From positions 1 to 49,200 of the forward strand of contig JBGGMJ010000181.1 of NCBI GenBank assembly GCA_041288095.1: a stretch of 49,200 bases of DNA, given 5' to 3'. The position numbers and the translations under genes are program-made. The stretch comes from Myxococcota bacterium. GTDB lineage: Bacteria > Myxococcota > XYA12-FULL-58-9 > JALHOP01. Below are positions 1 through 9,647 of this stretch, piece after piece; position 1 is the first letter of the stretch; every line of letters begins with the position of its first letter. A model generated the notes under the pieces. The model did not search any database. It was given only the letters and a program-made list of their open reading frames with translations, and was not told the origin of the DNA.

Positions 1-152
1 CCAGCGAGCTGCATGAACGCGCGTGGGTTGCCGGTTTGGATGGCGCGATCGAGAGCGGCGCTGACTTGTGGCTGGAGCTGCGGGAGCTGAACTGCTGCTC
101 CAGTCGGGGCGAACATCGAGGGCGAGCGACCCGCCGGTGTAACTCCGTCCAT
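1..152 (-). CDS. Hypothetical protein, N-terminal 50 codons only (runs off window edge; not in ORF track)
   Basis: ATG at 152 with GAGGAG just upstream; open frame MDGVTPAGRSPSMFAPTGAAVQLPQLQPQVSAALDRAIQTGNPRAFMQLA; shares a motif with the 19936..21015 protein. Confidence 0.7.
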   Translation of the reverse strand, partial: MDGVTPAGRSPSMFAPTGAAVQLPQLQPQVSAALDRAIQTGNPRAFMQLA

Positions 153-231
153 GCTGCTCCTCACGCGTTTTGGCGGCGCGTGTTAGCAGCATACCCACCT
201 ACGCCGAAGGCCGGCCAACGAAATCGCTCAA

Positions 232-888
232 TTAGCGTCGTGGCGGAATCGGAATCGGCGGGATGGGCGGCTGCGGGAACGGGTCCGGCCGCGGAAACTC
301 GGGGCTCGGCACGTAGCTGCAGGAGGAGCGATAGGTGTCACCATCCCGATAAACTACGGCAATTCCGTCCAGCGAGGCGCTGCGGAAGTCGAAGCGGCCG
401 GTCTCCGGGTTGATGTAGCCGACGACGGGACCCTGACGGGAGCGGTTGACCTCGACCTGGTTGGTAGCGGGGTCGACGACCATGCCGACGCCTTCGCCAA
501 AGCGACCGAATTCGAAACGCGGTGCGTTGGTCGCGGGGTCGACGACGCCGGCGACGCCGCCGCTCAGATTACGCCGGGTCTGGACGTTCCCAGTCTGCGG
601 ATCGCGTACGGCCGCGATCGCCTGACGAGGCGCGCGGTACCAATCGACCCGTTGCGTATTCGGGTTGTAGAGCCCGGTCACGCCGCCGTTGGGCTCGGTC
701 GTCCAGACCACGCGCTTGGTGGCCTCGTTGTAGACCCCGCAGATGCCCGAGTTGAACGAGTAACGAAACTCGATGGGCTCGATGGCGGCGGCGGCGACCT
801 CGAAGGTCTGCGGCTCGGCGGCTTGGCTCTCGCCGTCGGTTGCGGTGGCGGCGCGGGGCAGCGCTCTCGAAATGACGGCGTCACTCAT
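232..888 (-). CDS. Hypothetical protein with ~20-aa beta-rich tandem repeats (paralog of 885..1670)
   Basis: Start MSDAV at 888 overlaps the upstream stop as ATGA; repeats of the form GxxGx(Y/V)(N/D)PxTxxVxW; Pro-rich tail. Confidence 0.8.
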   Translation of the reverse strand: MSDAVISRALPRAATATDGESQAAEPQTFEVAAAAIEPIEFRYSFNSGICGVYNEATKRVVWTTEPNGGVTGLYNPNTQRVDWYRAPRQAIAAVRDPQTGNVQTRRNLSGGVAGVVDPATNAPRFEFGRFGEGVGMVVDPATNQVEVNRSRQGPVVGYINPETGRFDFRSASLDGIAVVYRDGDTYRSSCSYVPSPEFPRPDPFPQPPIPPIPIPPRR

Positions 889-1670
889 TGGGATCCTCCA
901 GCCGGGCGGCGTGCCGCACCGGGCGGATAGTAGGCGCACTGCGAGCGGTACGTGTTCTCTTCACGGTCGCGGTAGATGACCGCGATGGCGTCCGTGGGGC
1001 TGGTCGCGAAGCGGCGCTCGCCATTTTCGAGATAGCCGACGACCGGCTGCCCCGGGACCTCGTGCGTACGAGCGTCGAACGCGCCGTCGCCCTCGAGCAT
1101 GCCGATGCCGCGACCCTCGCGTGACTCGAAGTGGGGTTCGAGCATGGCGTTGTCGAAGATGCCGGCGACGCCGCCCGCGGCGTTGCGTTTCTCGAAAACC
1201 GCCGAGGTCGCCGGGTCCTGGGCCACCGCGACGGCTTCGCGGGGTGCGACCACCCAATCGATTGAGCGGGTCGTCGGATTGTACGTGCCGGTGACGCCCG
1301 CGAGCGCCTCGCGGCGCCATTCGGCGCGGCCGGTTTCCTCGTTGTAGACGCCGCAGAGCCCAGCACCGTTCGCGTGGCGGATCTCGACGTCTTGCGACTC
1401 GCGCAGGAGAGTGCCCCGGAGGCTCGCGATGCGCGCCTCGTCCCGCGTAGCCCGTGCCAGACGCTCCGACGGCGATGGTAGCTGGAGCCCGCTCGGCGCC
1501 GGCGCTTGGGTGCCGGCGGCGGCCAAGCGCGCGGCCTCGAGCTCGGCGAACGCCGCGACGTGCAAGGTGTCGGCATCGGGGATGATCTGCGCCACGGACT
1601 CCCGGCGCGTGCTCTCGTAGCGGCGCACCAAGCCGTCGATACGGGCGGAAATGGATGCAAGCTCGGCCAT
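885..1670 (-). CDS. Hypothetical protein with N-terminal helical region and ~20-aa beta-rich repeats
   Basis: GAGG RBS before ATG; C-terminal ~150 aa aligns by eye with 232..888 (CGVYNE, GVTGxYNP, GGVAG, PVVGY, IAVxYRD, TYRSxC). Confidence 0.8.
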   Translation of the reverse strand: MAELASISARIDGLVRRYESTRRESVAQIIPDADTLHVAAFAELEAARLAAAGTQAPAPSGLQLPSPSERLARATRDEARIASLRGTLLRESQDVEIRHANGAGLCGVYNEETGRAEWRREALAGVTGTYNPTTRSIDWVVAPREAVAVAQDPATSAVFEKRNAAGGVAGIFDNAMLEPHFESREGRGIGMLEGDGAFDARTHEVPGQPVVGYLENGERRFATSPTDAIAVIYRDREENTYRSQCAYYPPGAARRPAGGSQ

Positions 1671-1707
1671 GGTGGAACCTCGTGCGGCCGCTTGGCAGCG
1701 GCGCCGG

Positions 1708-1737
1708 GTTATCGCCGACGGGTGTCGCGGCGTTGCG
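1708..1737 (-). promoter_or_regulatory. Candidate sigma28 (FliA/WhiG)-like promoter CGCAAC-N16-GCGATAAC
   Basis: 38 nt upstream of the 1670 start; same boxes recur at 28754..28782; -10 box differs by one base from GCCGATAA. Confidence 0.55.
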
Positions 1738-1776
1738 TCGGTAGCCGGGGTGCCCGGGCTGCCGGGGAGTCAGGCC

Positions 1777-3105
1777 TCAGAGCAGAATGCGTAGAGCGAA
1801 GAAGATCGACTCGACGATCTTCTCGGCGATCGGCCGCCGGTGCCAAGTGGCGCGGTCGATACGGACCGACTTGGCGATGTCACGCTCGAACGTTTGATCC
1901 ATGGCGGCGCCAAGGCGCTTGTCGACGCACGCGATGTTGGCCTCGAGGTTGTGTAAGAGGCTGCGCGCATCGATGTTGTAGCTGCCGATGGTGCACCACT
2001 CACCGTCGATGACCGCGGTCTTGGCGTGCAGGACGCGATCGGTCCACTCGTAGACCTCGATGCCCCAGGCCATGAGACGCGCATAGAGGGCGCGCGAGGC
2101 GTAGCGGACGGCGACCACGTCGGTCTTGCCGGCGACGAGGAGTTGCACCGTCACACCACGACGAACCGCGTCGCGCAGCGCGTGACGAAAGTGCCGATCG
2201 GGAATGCAGTAGGCGTTGCAAATGCGGATGGTACGACTCGCCTTGCGAATGGCGCGGAGATAGGCGCGGCGCACCGAGTAACGACGGGTGAGCGCGCTCT
2301 CGAGGACCTGCAAGGTCGTGCTGCCGCGGCGCTGCGCGTGCGCGATGCTGCCGTTCCAATGCTCGCCGGTCATGTTGCGCCAACCGCGGTTGAACAGACG
2401 CACGAGCTCGCGGACCACCGGACCTTCGACGCGCGCGTGCACGTCGTGCCAGGCTTTGCCGCCCCAGCTCGTCGGCGCGTAGTCGTCGCCGATGTTGATG
2501 CCGCCGATGAAGCCGACGACGTCGTCGATGACCAAGATCTTGCGGTGGTTGCGGCGCCAGATGCCCCAACGGCGGCGCCACGGTTGGATCGGCTGGTAGT
2601 ATTCGACGCGTCCGCCCGCCTCGATCAGAGGCTTCCAGAAATTCGGATCGGTGGCCCACGAGCCGACACCATCGACCATGATGCGAACGCTCACGTCGGC
2701 GCGGGCGCGCGCGATCAAGACATCGAGAAAGCGCTGACCGGTCGCGTCCGAGGCGAAGATGTAGCTCTCGAAGACGATCGAGCGTTTGGCCTCCGCCATC
2801 GCTTCGAGCATCGCGGGAAAGGTCTGCTCGCCGTCGATGAGCAAGTCGACCTTGTTGTAGGGGTAGACTTTGCGGCCGCGCAGCCAGAAGGCGACGACGT
2901 CGGCGTCGGGCGCGACGTGCAGGTGTCTGCCCTCGATGATCTCGGGTTCGCCATACAGCTCGATCTCGCGCTTGGCCTCGCGCGCGCGCACGCGACCGAT
3001 CTCGAGCTCTTCACCGTGATGGCCCGTGATCGTGCCCGCGCCCTCGTCACGAACGACGACGCCCGCCGCCTTCACCACCTGCTCGATCTTGCGTCCCGAT
3101 GACAT
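1777..3105 (-). CDS. clsB: Cardiolipin synthase ClsB-like phospholipase D
   Basis: Two HKD motifs (HRKILVID, HAKTAVID), GGINIG, IGSYNID; no N-terminal TM helices. Confidence 0.85.
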   Translation of the reverse strand: MSSGRKIEQVVKAAGVVVRDEGAGTITGHHGEELEIGRVRAREAKREIELYGEPEIIEGRHLHVAPDADVVAFWLRGRKVYPYNKVDLLIDGEQTFPAMLEAMAEAKRSIVFESYIFASDATGQRFLDVLIARARADVSVRIMVDGVGSWATDPNFWKPLIEAGGRVEYYQPIQPWRRRWGIWRRNHRKILVIDDVVGFIGGINIGDDYAPTSWGGKAWHDVHARVEGPVVRELVRLFNRGWRNMTGEHWNGSIAHAQRRGSTTLQVLESALTRRYSVRRAYLRAIRKASRTIRICNAYCIPDRHFRHALRDAVRRGVTVQLLVAGKTDVVAVRYASRALYARLMAWGIEVYEWTDRVLHAKTAVIDGEWCTIGSYNIDARSLLHNLEANIACVDKRLGAAMDQTFERDIAKSVRIDRATWHRRPIAEKIVESIFFALRILL

Positions 3106-3141
3106 GGCTTCAAGGGAACATAAGACGACCAGGCACCCATG

Positions 3142-4953
3142 TCACTCTACGGTGACGCTCTTTGCCAGGTTGCGCGGCTGATCGATGTCGGTGCCGCGCA
3201 GATCGGCCACGTGATACGACAGGAGCTGCAGCGGGATCGTCGCGACCAACGGCGCCAGCATCGGATCGATGTCGGGCACGCTGATGACATCGTCGGCCAT
3301 GCGTCCGATCTGCCGGTCGCCTTCGGTCGCGATGGCGATGATGTGACCCTCGCGCGCGCGCACTTCCTGCAGATTGCTGATGACCTTGTCGTAGAGCGGG
3401 CCTTGCGTCGCGATGACGATGACCGGCACGCCCTTCTCGATGAGCGCGATGGGACCGTGCTTCATTTCGCCGGCCGCGTAACCCTCGGCGTGAATGTAGG
3501 AGATCTCCTTGAGCTTCAACGCGCCTTCGAGAGCGACCGGGTAACCGAAGCCACGTCCGAGATAGAGGACAGACCTCGCGTTGCGAATTTTCTGCGCCAC
3601 GTCCATGACCGCTTTTTCGGACTTCAACGTTTGCTCGATGAGCAAGGGCACGGAGCGCAGGCCTTCGATGAGCTGCTTGGCGCGCGCTTCGGCGAGGCCA
3701 CGCGCTCTGCCGAAGGCGATGGCCAGGAGCTGCAAGGCGATCACCTGGGTGATGAACGCCTTCGTCGACGCAACGCCGATCTCCGGGCCCGCGTGCGTGT
3801 AGAGCACGTGGTCGGACTCGCGCGCGATCGAGGAGTCGACGACGTTGACCACCGAGAGGATGGGTGAGCCCTTCTCCTTGGCGGCCTTGATGGCGGCGAG
3901 AGTGTCCGCCGTTTCACCCGACTGCGACACCGCGAGCACCAGGGTCTCGGGGCCCATCATCGGGCTGCGATAGCGGAGCTCGCTCGCGAGATCGACCTCG
4001 CAACCGATGCGCGCCAGCTCTTCGAGCATGAGGCGGCCGACGAGTGACGCATGCCAGCTCGTGCCGCAGGCCGTCAGCATGATGCGCTGGACCTTCGCGA
4101 GCTTGTCGATGGGGAGTCCTTCGAGCTGCACCGTCGCCTCGTGCGCGGAGAGGCGGCCACGCAAGGTGTCGATGACGGCGCGAGGCTGCTCGTGCATCTC
4201 CTTGTGCATGAAGTGCTTGTGGCCGCCCTTTTCGGCGGACACGGCGGACCACTCGATGATGCGCGGCTCGCGATTCACCGGCTCGCCAGTGACCTTGCTC
4301 ACCTTCACCTTGCCGGGTTGCACGACCGCCATCTCGCCCTCTTCGAGGACGATGACCTTGCGGGTGTGCGAGAGCAGGGCCGGGATGTCGCTGGCGATGA
4401 GGCCGGCGTCGTCGCGCAAGCCGATGATCAACGGCGAGGCATTCTTCGCGGCGATCATGGTCGTGGGCTCGCTCGACGAAATGACCGCGATAGCGTACGC
4501 GCCGCGGACGCGAGCCAGCGCCTTGCGCACGCGCTCTTCCAGCGTGCCTTTTTGCCCGGCGATCAGGTGCGCGATGACCTCGGTGTCGGTCTCGCTCTCG
4601 AACTTGGCGCCCTGCTCCGAGAGCTCGGCCTTGAGATCGAGGTAGTTCTCGATGATGCCGTTGTGAACGACGACGACGTCGCCGACACGGTGCGGGTGCG
4701 CGTTCTCGTCGGAGGGCTTGCCGTGGGTTGCCCAGCGCGTGTGGCCGATGGCGATATCGCCCTTCAAAGGCTCGGCCTTGAGGAGCTTCGCGAGCTCGGC
4801 GAGCTTTCCCTTGCGACGCCGGACGTCGAGCTTGCCGTCACAAACCGTGGCGATGCCGGCGGAGTCATAGCCGCGATATTCGAGGCGGCGTAGACCTTCC
4901 AACACGTTGTCCGAAGCTTCAGCGTTCCCGACGAAACCGACGATGCCGCACAT
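3142..4953 (-). CDS. glmS: Glutamine--fructose-6-phosphate aminotransferase
   Basis: MCGIVG start, LEYRGYDSAG, GHTRWATHG, EGALKLKE, PRNLAKSVTVE end. Confidence 0.98.
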   Translation of the reverse strand: MCGIVGFVGNAEASDNVLEGLRRLEYRGYDSAGIATVCDGKLDVRRRKGKLAELAKLLKAEPLKGDIAIGHTRWATHGKPSDENAHPHRVGDVVVVHNGIIENYLDLKAELSEQGAKFESETDTEVIAHLIAGQKGTLEERVRKALARVRGAYAIAVISSSEPTTMIAAKNASPLIIGLRDDAGLIASDIPALLSHTRKVIVLEEGEMAVVQPGKVKVSKVTGEPVNREPRIIEWSAVSAEKGGHKHFMHKEMHEQPRAVIDTLRGRLSAHEATVQLEGLPIDKLAKVQRIMLTACGTSWHASLVGRLMLEELARIGCEVDLASELRYRSPMMGPETLVLAVSQSGETADTLAAIKAAKEKGSPILSVVNVVDSSIARESDHVLYTHAGPEIGVASTKAFITQVIALQLLAIAFGRARGLAEARAKQLIEGLRSVPLLIEQTLKSEKAVMDVAQKIRNARSVLYLGRGFGYPVALEGALKLKEISYIHAEGYAAGEMKHGPIALIEKGVPVIVIATQGPLYDKVISNLQEVRAREGHIIAIATEGDRQIGRMADDVISVPDIDPMLAPLVATIPLQLLSYHVADLRGTDIDQPRNLAKSVTVE

Positions 4954-4962
4954 ATTCTTTGA

Positions 4963-6357
4963 CTACTCCCGTTTTGCCTTGGCTTTCGCGGCCGCCATGC
5001 GCTCGCGTAGTGCCTTGGCATATCCCAATCGCGATTCTTGCCGCGCCCGTCCGAAGGCGAGCGCGTCGGCGGGAACGTCCTTGGTGATGGTCGATCCCGC
5101 CGCCACGTATGACTGCTCACCCAGGGCGACCGGCGCCACCAGGGTGCTGTTCGATCCGACGAAGACACCGTCGCCGATCTTGGTGCGATGCTTGGCCACG
5201 CCGTCGTAGTTGCAGGTGATGGTGCCGGCTCCGATGTTGGCTCCCGCGCCGATATCGGCGTCGCCCAAGTATGCCAGGTGATTGGCCTTCGAGCCCTTCG
5301 CGACCTTGCTGTTCTTCACTTCGACGAAGTTGCCGATGTGGACGTCTTGGGCGAGCTCGGCCCCCGGGCGCAGGCGCGCGAACGGGCCAATCTTCACCCC
5401 GGTCGCGACCTTGGCGCTCTCCAAGTGGCAGAACGATTCGATGCGGGTGTCGTCACCGATGGTGATGTCCTTCAAGACGGTCGGCCCCTCGACGACGACG
5501 CGGTTGCCGAGCTGGACAGTGCCGTAGAATTGAACGCCCGGGCCGATGACCACGTCCTCGCCGAACGAAGCGCGCGGCGTGATACTGACGCTCGCGGGGT
5601 CGCGAAAGCGGACGCCCTTCTCTTGCCAGCCACGCACGATGCGGTCGCGCATCATGCGATCGACTTCGGCGAGCTGCGCTTGCGTATTGATACCGCTCAT
5701 CTCGCCGATGTCGGCGACGTCGACCGCGCGCACGCTCTTGGCCCGCGAGACGATGTCGGTGAGGTAGAATTCGCCCTGTGCGTTGTCCGCTTTCAAGGAC
5801 GCTACCGTGTCTTGCATGAGCTGCATGCCGCACAGGTAAACGGCGACGTTCACTTCGTTGATTGCGCGCTCTTTCTCGCTGGCGTCTTTGTGCTCGACGA
5901 TGCGCATCTGCGAATCGCTTTGGCGGACGACGCGCCCGTAGCCGCTCGGGTCGGGGAGCTTCGCGGTCAACATGGCGAGCTCGACGCCTTGCAACGCAGG
6001 CATGAGCTTCTCGACCGTCGACTTGGTGAGGAGTGGGACGTCGCCGCAGAGGACGAGCACGCGGTCCGCTTTGATGTACGGGAGGGCGGAGCGCGCGGCG
6101 TCGCCGGTCCCCAGCGCCTTCTCTTGCACGGCGAACGTCAGCTGGAGCTCGGGAAAGAGCCCACGCAGGGTCTCTTCGACGCGCTTACCGTTCACCGGGT
6201 CGACGACGACCACGATGGGCGCGCAACCGACTTCCTTGGCCAGCGCCACGACGTGCGCCACGAGCGGCAGATCGCAGGCGGGATGCAGGACCTTGGGCAG
6301 GGTCGTGCGCATGCGCTTTCCCTGCCCGGCGGCAAGAATGATGGCCCCTGTGGTCAT
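4963..6357 (-). CDS. glmU: Bifunctional UDP-GlcNAc pyrophosphorylase / GlcN-1-P acetyltransferase
   Basis: ILAAGQGKRM, EFYLTD, IGNFVEVK, GAGTITCNYDG hexapeptide region; adjacent to glmS; start taken at MTTGAII. Confidence 0.97.
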   Translation of the reverse strand: MTTGAIILAAGQGKRMRTTLPKVLHPACDLPLVAHVVALAKEVGCAPIVVVVDPVNGKRVEETLRGLFPELQLTFAVQEKALGTGDAARSALPYIKADRVLVLCGDVPLLTKSTVEKLMPALQGVELAMLTAKLPDPSGYGRVVRQSDSQMRIVEHKDASEKERAINEVNVAVYLCGMQLMQDTVASLKADNAQGEFYLTDIVSRAKSVRAVDVADIGEMSGINTQAQLAEVDRMMRDRIVRGWQEKGVRFRDPASVSITPRASFGEDVVIGPGVQFYGTVQLGNRVVVEGPTVLKDITIGDDTRIESFCHLESAKVATGVKIGPFARLRPGAELAQDVHIGNFVEVKNSKVAKGSKANHLAYLGDADIGAGANIGAGTITCNYDGVAKHRTKIGDGVFVGSNSTLVAPVALGEQSYVAAGSTITKDVPADALAFGRARQESRLGYAKALRERMAAAKAKAKRE

Positions 6358-6378
6358 GGCGATGCTATATCCGCTCCC

Positions 6379-7011
6379 GTGAGCCGTACGCCAGGCACCT
6401 GCGGCGCGTGCATCGCCTTCCTTCCCGAGCACACCGACAACGACCGCGGTCGCTGTCGTCTTCGGCCCGAGATGGGTGTTTACGGACACTCACTTCCACG
6501 CTGCCCCAAGTATTTAGAGCGCGGCACCGGCGCGACCTGGACCCCACCAAAAGTGGCGCGCCCGCGCGGCAGCGGCAAGGCCCGAGACGACGACGACGAC
6601 ACAGAAGTCATTCTTCAGAAACCCAAGGAATACGGCGCCACCATCGATCTCGGCGACGACGGAGAACCCATGGATACCAATGCCCTGCGTGCCCTGATCC
6701 GCGACGTCATCCGCGAAGAAGGCCTCACCGGCGAGACCCCGCTCGGCAAGAAATGGGAGGGCGGCACCGTGCTCATGAAGCCGGCCGACGCCTCGCTGCA
6801 AGCCAAGGAGATTCCAGTCGAGACCTTCTTCCACAAGATCGTCATGGTCAGGGACCGGCTGCGTGTGCTCGAGCAAAAGATCAATGGGCACAGTGGTTTG
6901 TCCGACACCGACAAGGTCGAGCTGCAGCAATACGTGACCCGCTGCTACGGCTCCCTCACCACCTTCAACGTGCTATTCAGGGACAAGAACGACCAGTTCG
7001 AGGGGACGTAA
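6379..7011 (+). CDS. Conserved-looking hypothetical protein with N-terminal Cys cluster
   Basis: 3' part of the 5188..7011 ORF; GTG start inferred; CGAC...C...C motif; globular C-terminus (FFHKIVMVRDRLRVLEQKIN...YGSLTTFNVLF). Confidence 0.75.
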   Translation: MSRTPGTCGACIAFLPEHTDNDRGRCRLRPEMGVYGHSLPRCPKYLERGTGATWTPPKVARPRGSGKARDDDDDTEVILQKPKEYGATIDLGDDGEPMDTNALRALIRDVIREEGLTGETPLGKKWEGGTVLMKPADASLQAKEIPVETFFHKIVMVRDRLRVLEQKINGHSGLSDTDKVELQQYVTRCYGSLTTFNVLFRDKNDQFEGT

Positions 7012-7038
7012 GCCCACCGGTCGCCGATCCTCAAAGAG

Positions 7039-8265
7039 ATGGTGAAGGCGCTTCGAGAGCTGCTGACGGGCTGGCTGCGAAGTCCAGCGACGCCGGAGCA
7101 ACGCCCTGCCATGCAGGTCGGCGGCGCGGGCATGCGGCGCGGCACCGCTACCCACCCTGGGGACAAGCTTCTCGGGGCGAGCCCCGAAGAACGCCTCGCC
7201 GCGGCGCAGCGCGCGATGCGCTCACGTAATTCGTTGGCCTTGGCGGCAATCGCGAGCTCCGGTGTCAAAGCCATGGCGACGCGCAGCCTGTCGCTCAACT
7301 TCGGCCAGCTCCGCATCCCGTTCATCGCCGAAGTTCCGTTCGCCAAAGCCCGGCGCTCGCTCTACGACACCATCGTCGCGAGCGAGCTGCGGGGTCTCGG
7401 TGACGCGGGGCGAGCCGCGATGAAGCGCATCTTCCTCATCGAGGCAGAGCGGGCGCCGCTCGACTTCATCCAGTGCCAAGAGCTGTGGCTGCGGTCCGCG
7501 CAGCGTGATGCGCGCAAAACAGCCGAAGCAAACGGCTTCATATGCGCTTTAGCGGACGAACAGATGCGCGCCTACGGCTTGCAGCTCTTGATTCGCAAGG
7601 GCCCCGAGGTCAAAGGCATCAAGGAGAGCGGCATCATCGAGTATCGCGAGAACGGTAAGCCTCTCCGCTCGCTCGGTGAGCGCCTCTGGGGCGCGCGCCG
7701 GGGCTTTGCCTATGCCGTGGTCGAGCTCACGAACGGCGACACCATCTTGACCGGCACGACTCACCTGTCGCCGCTCCCCGAATACACCGAGCTACGCGGC
7801 AGACAATTCGTCGCTTGGAAGGACATCATCGCGACCCTCGTCCGCGAGAAGCAACCGACGTTCACCATGGTCGGCGCCGACGTCAACACGACCGACGCCG
7901 ACGGCCACCTCGGTGACTTCTTCGAGGGCACCGGCCTCGCCGACGCCTGGGCGGCCGGCGGCGCGCAAACCCGCGAGCCCGACGGCACCATGCACCCGGA
8001 CTTTCGCCAATACGTCGGCGGCACCTGGGACATGGTTGGCAAGCGCATCGACATCGCCGCGGCGTGCTCCAATTCTCCGGACCGCGCCATCGCCGTCATC
8101 GACCATCAGACGTGCTTGGACGATCTGTATGCGGTGGGCGACGAGCGGCACGCCGTCTCCGATCACATCGCCATCGCGACCACGTACATTCTCGGCGTGA
8201 AGCCTTCGGAACCGGAGCGAAGCCCGAGTGGCATCCGCCGCTATCGCGTACGCAAAGGTCAATGA
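7039..8265 (+). CDS. Endonuclease/exonuclease/phosphatase (EEP) superfamily protein with N-terminal extension
   Basis: Ordered EEP motifs SLN, QE, THL, GADVN, RID, SDH. Confidence 0.75.
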   Translation: MVKALRELLTGWLRSPATPEQRPAMQVGGAGMRRGTATHPGDKLLGASPEERLAAAQRAMRSRNSLALAAIASSGVKAMATRSLSLNFGQLRIPFIAEVPFAKARRSLYDTIVASELRGLGDAGRAAMKRIFLIEAERAPLDFIQCQELWLRSAQRDARKTAEANGFICALADEQMRAYGLQLLIRKGPEVKGIKESGIIEYRENGKPLRSLGERLWGARRGFAYAVVELTNGDTILTGTTHLSPLPEYTELRGRQFVAWKDIIATLVREKQPTFTMVGADVNTTDADGHLGDFFEGTGLADAWAAGGAQTREPDGTMHPDFRQYVGGTWDMVGKRIDIAAACSNSPDRAIAVIDHQTCLDDLYAVGDERHAVSDHIAIATTYILGVKPSEPERSPSGIRRYRVRKGQ

Positions 8266-9647
8266 TTGGCGTCTTTGACGACCGCCACGATCTTGCTCAG
8301 CGTCGCCTTGGCATCGCCGAAGACCATCATCGTTTGCGGCAAGCCGAAGAGCTCGTTGTCGATGCCGGCGAACCCCGGGGCCATGCCGCGCTTCAGCACG
8401 ATGACCGCTTTGGCGTAGTCGGCGTTGAGCACGGGCATGCCGTAGATGGGACTGCTCTTCTGGGTGCGCGCCGCCGGGTTGACGACGTCATTGGCGCCGA
8501 CCACCACGACGACATCGGTCTGCGCGAAGTCGTCATTGATGGCCTCGAGCTCGTAGAGCTGGTCGTAGGGCACGTTCGCCTCGGCGAGCAGCACGTTCAT
8601 ATGGCCAGGCATACGACCGGCGACCGGATGAATGGCGTACTTCACGCGCGTGCCGTTGGCGGCGAGCGCATTGGCGAGGTCGCGTACCGCGTGTTGGGCC
8701 TGGCCGACCGCCATGCCGTAGCCAGGCACGAAGGTCACAGACCCAGCGAGCTTCAAGAGCTCGCCGGCGTCCTCGGCGCTGCCTTCACGGACGCTGCCCT
8801 TGGCGTTGTCCGCTGTGGCGGTCACCTCGTTGCCGAACGCGCCGAAGAGCACGTTGGCGAACGAGCGATTCATCGCCTTGGACATGATGATGGCGAGGAT
8901 CACACCCGAGCCGCCGTCGAGCGCGCCGCAGATGATGAGCACGTGGCTGTCGAGGACGAAGCCCGAAGCCGCGGCGGCGAGCCCCGCGTAGGCATTGAAC
9001 AGGCAGATGACGACCGGCATGTCGGCGCCGCCGATGGGCAAGACCACGAGCACCCCGAGCGCGAGGCCGACGCCGATGATGCCGAGAAATAGACGCACGT
9101 CGCCGGGATGCGCAACGAGCAGGCCCAGCGCCACGGCGGCGGCGGCGAACATCGCGAGGCTCGCCACGTTGTTGCCCGGGAAGGTGACGGGCCTGCCGGT
9201 GATGGCGCCATTGAGCTTGCCGAAAGCCATCAGCGAGCCGGTGAACGTCATGGTGCCCATCAACACTTCGAAGCCCACGGCACCGACAGCGAAGTGCGTC
9301 ATCGCGGATCCGTGGTGCAGAAACTCCGCGATGCCGACGGTGGTCACGGCGAGACTGCCGAAGGCGAGCGACAACGCCACACGCTCCGGCATCTTGGTCA
9401 TCGGTATGAGCAGTCCCATCGGCACACCGATGAGCGCGCCCAACACGACGCCGCCGACGATCCATTGGTATTCGACGATGTCGTGATGGAGGAGCGTCCC
9501 AGCAACGCCGACGAGCATGCCGACGGCCGCGTACGCGAGGCCACGGCGCGCGGTCTCGGGCTTGGTGAGCGCGCGCAGACCCAGCAAGAAGAGCAGCGAC
9601 GCGACGAACAACGCGACGCGATAGATGACGGTGCGTGCGTCGGTCAC
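8259..9647 (-). CDS. pntB: NAD(P) transhydrogenase beta subunit
   Basis: IGGADMPVVI, PGYGMAV, HPVAGRMPGHMNVLLAEA, GANDVVNPAA. Confidence 0.97.
   Translation of the reverse strand: MTDARTVIYRVALFVASLLFLLGLRALTKPETARRGLAYAAVGMLVGVAGTLLHHDIVEYQWIVGGVVLGALIGVPMGLLIPMTKMPERVALSLAFGSLAVTTVGIAEFLHHGSAMTHFAVGAVGFEVLMGTMTFTGSLMAFGKLNGAITGRPVTFPGNNVASLAMFAAAAVALGLLVAHPGDVRLFLGIIGVGLALGVLVVLPIGGADMPVVICLFNAYAGLAAAASGFVLDSHVLIICGALDGGSGVILAIIMSKAMNRSFANVLFGAFGNEVTATADNAKGSVREGSAEDAGELLKLAGSVTFVPGYGMAVGQAQHAVRDLANALAANGTRVKYAIHPVAGRMPGHMNVLLAEANVPYDQLYELEAINDDFAQTDVVVVVGANDVVNPAARTQKSSPIYGMPVLNADYAKAVIVLKRGMAPGFAGIDNELFGLPQTMMVFGDAKATLSKIVAVVKDANH

Noticed and set aside
166..176. 11-mer CCGCCAAAACG shared by the leaders of the ORF at 152 and the gene at 33959 (34024..34034)
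   Set aside because: A single match of this length is plausible by chance, and a near-identical word also occurs in coding sequence near 48003
5188..6378. 5' two-thirds of the 607-aa plus-strand ORF, and the many other long overlapping ORFs in the track
   Set aside because: These are antisense or alternate-frame shadows typical of high-GC coding DNA (here of glmU)
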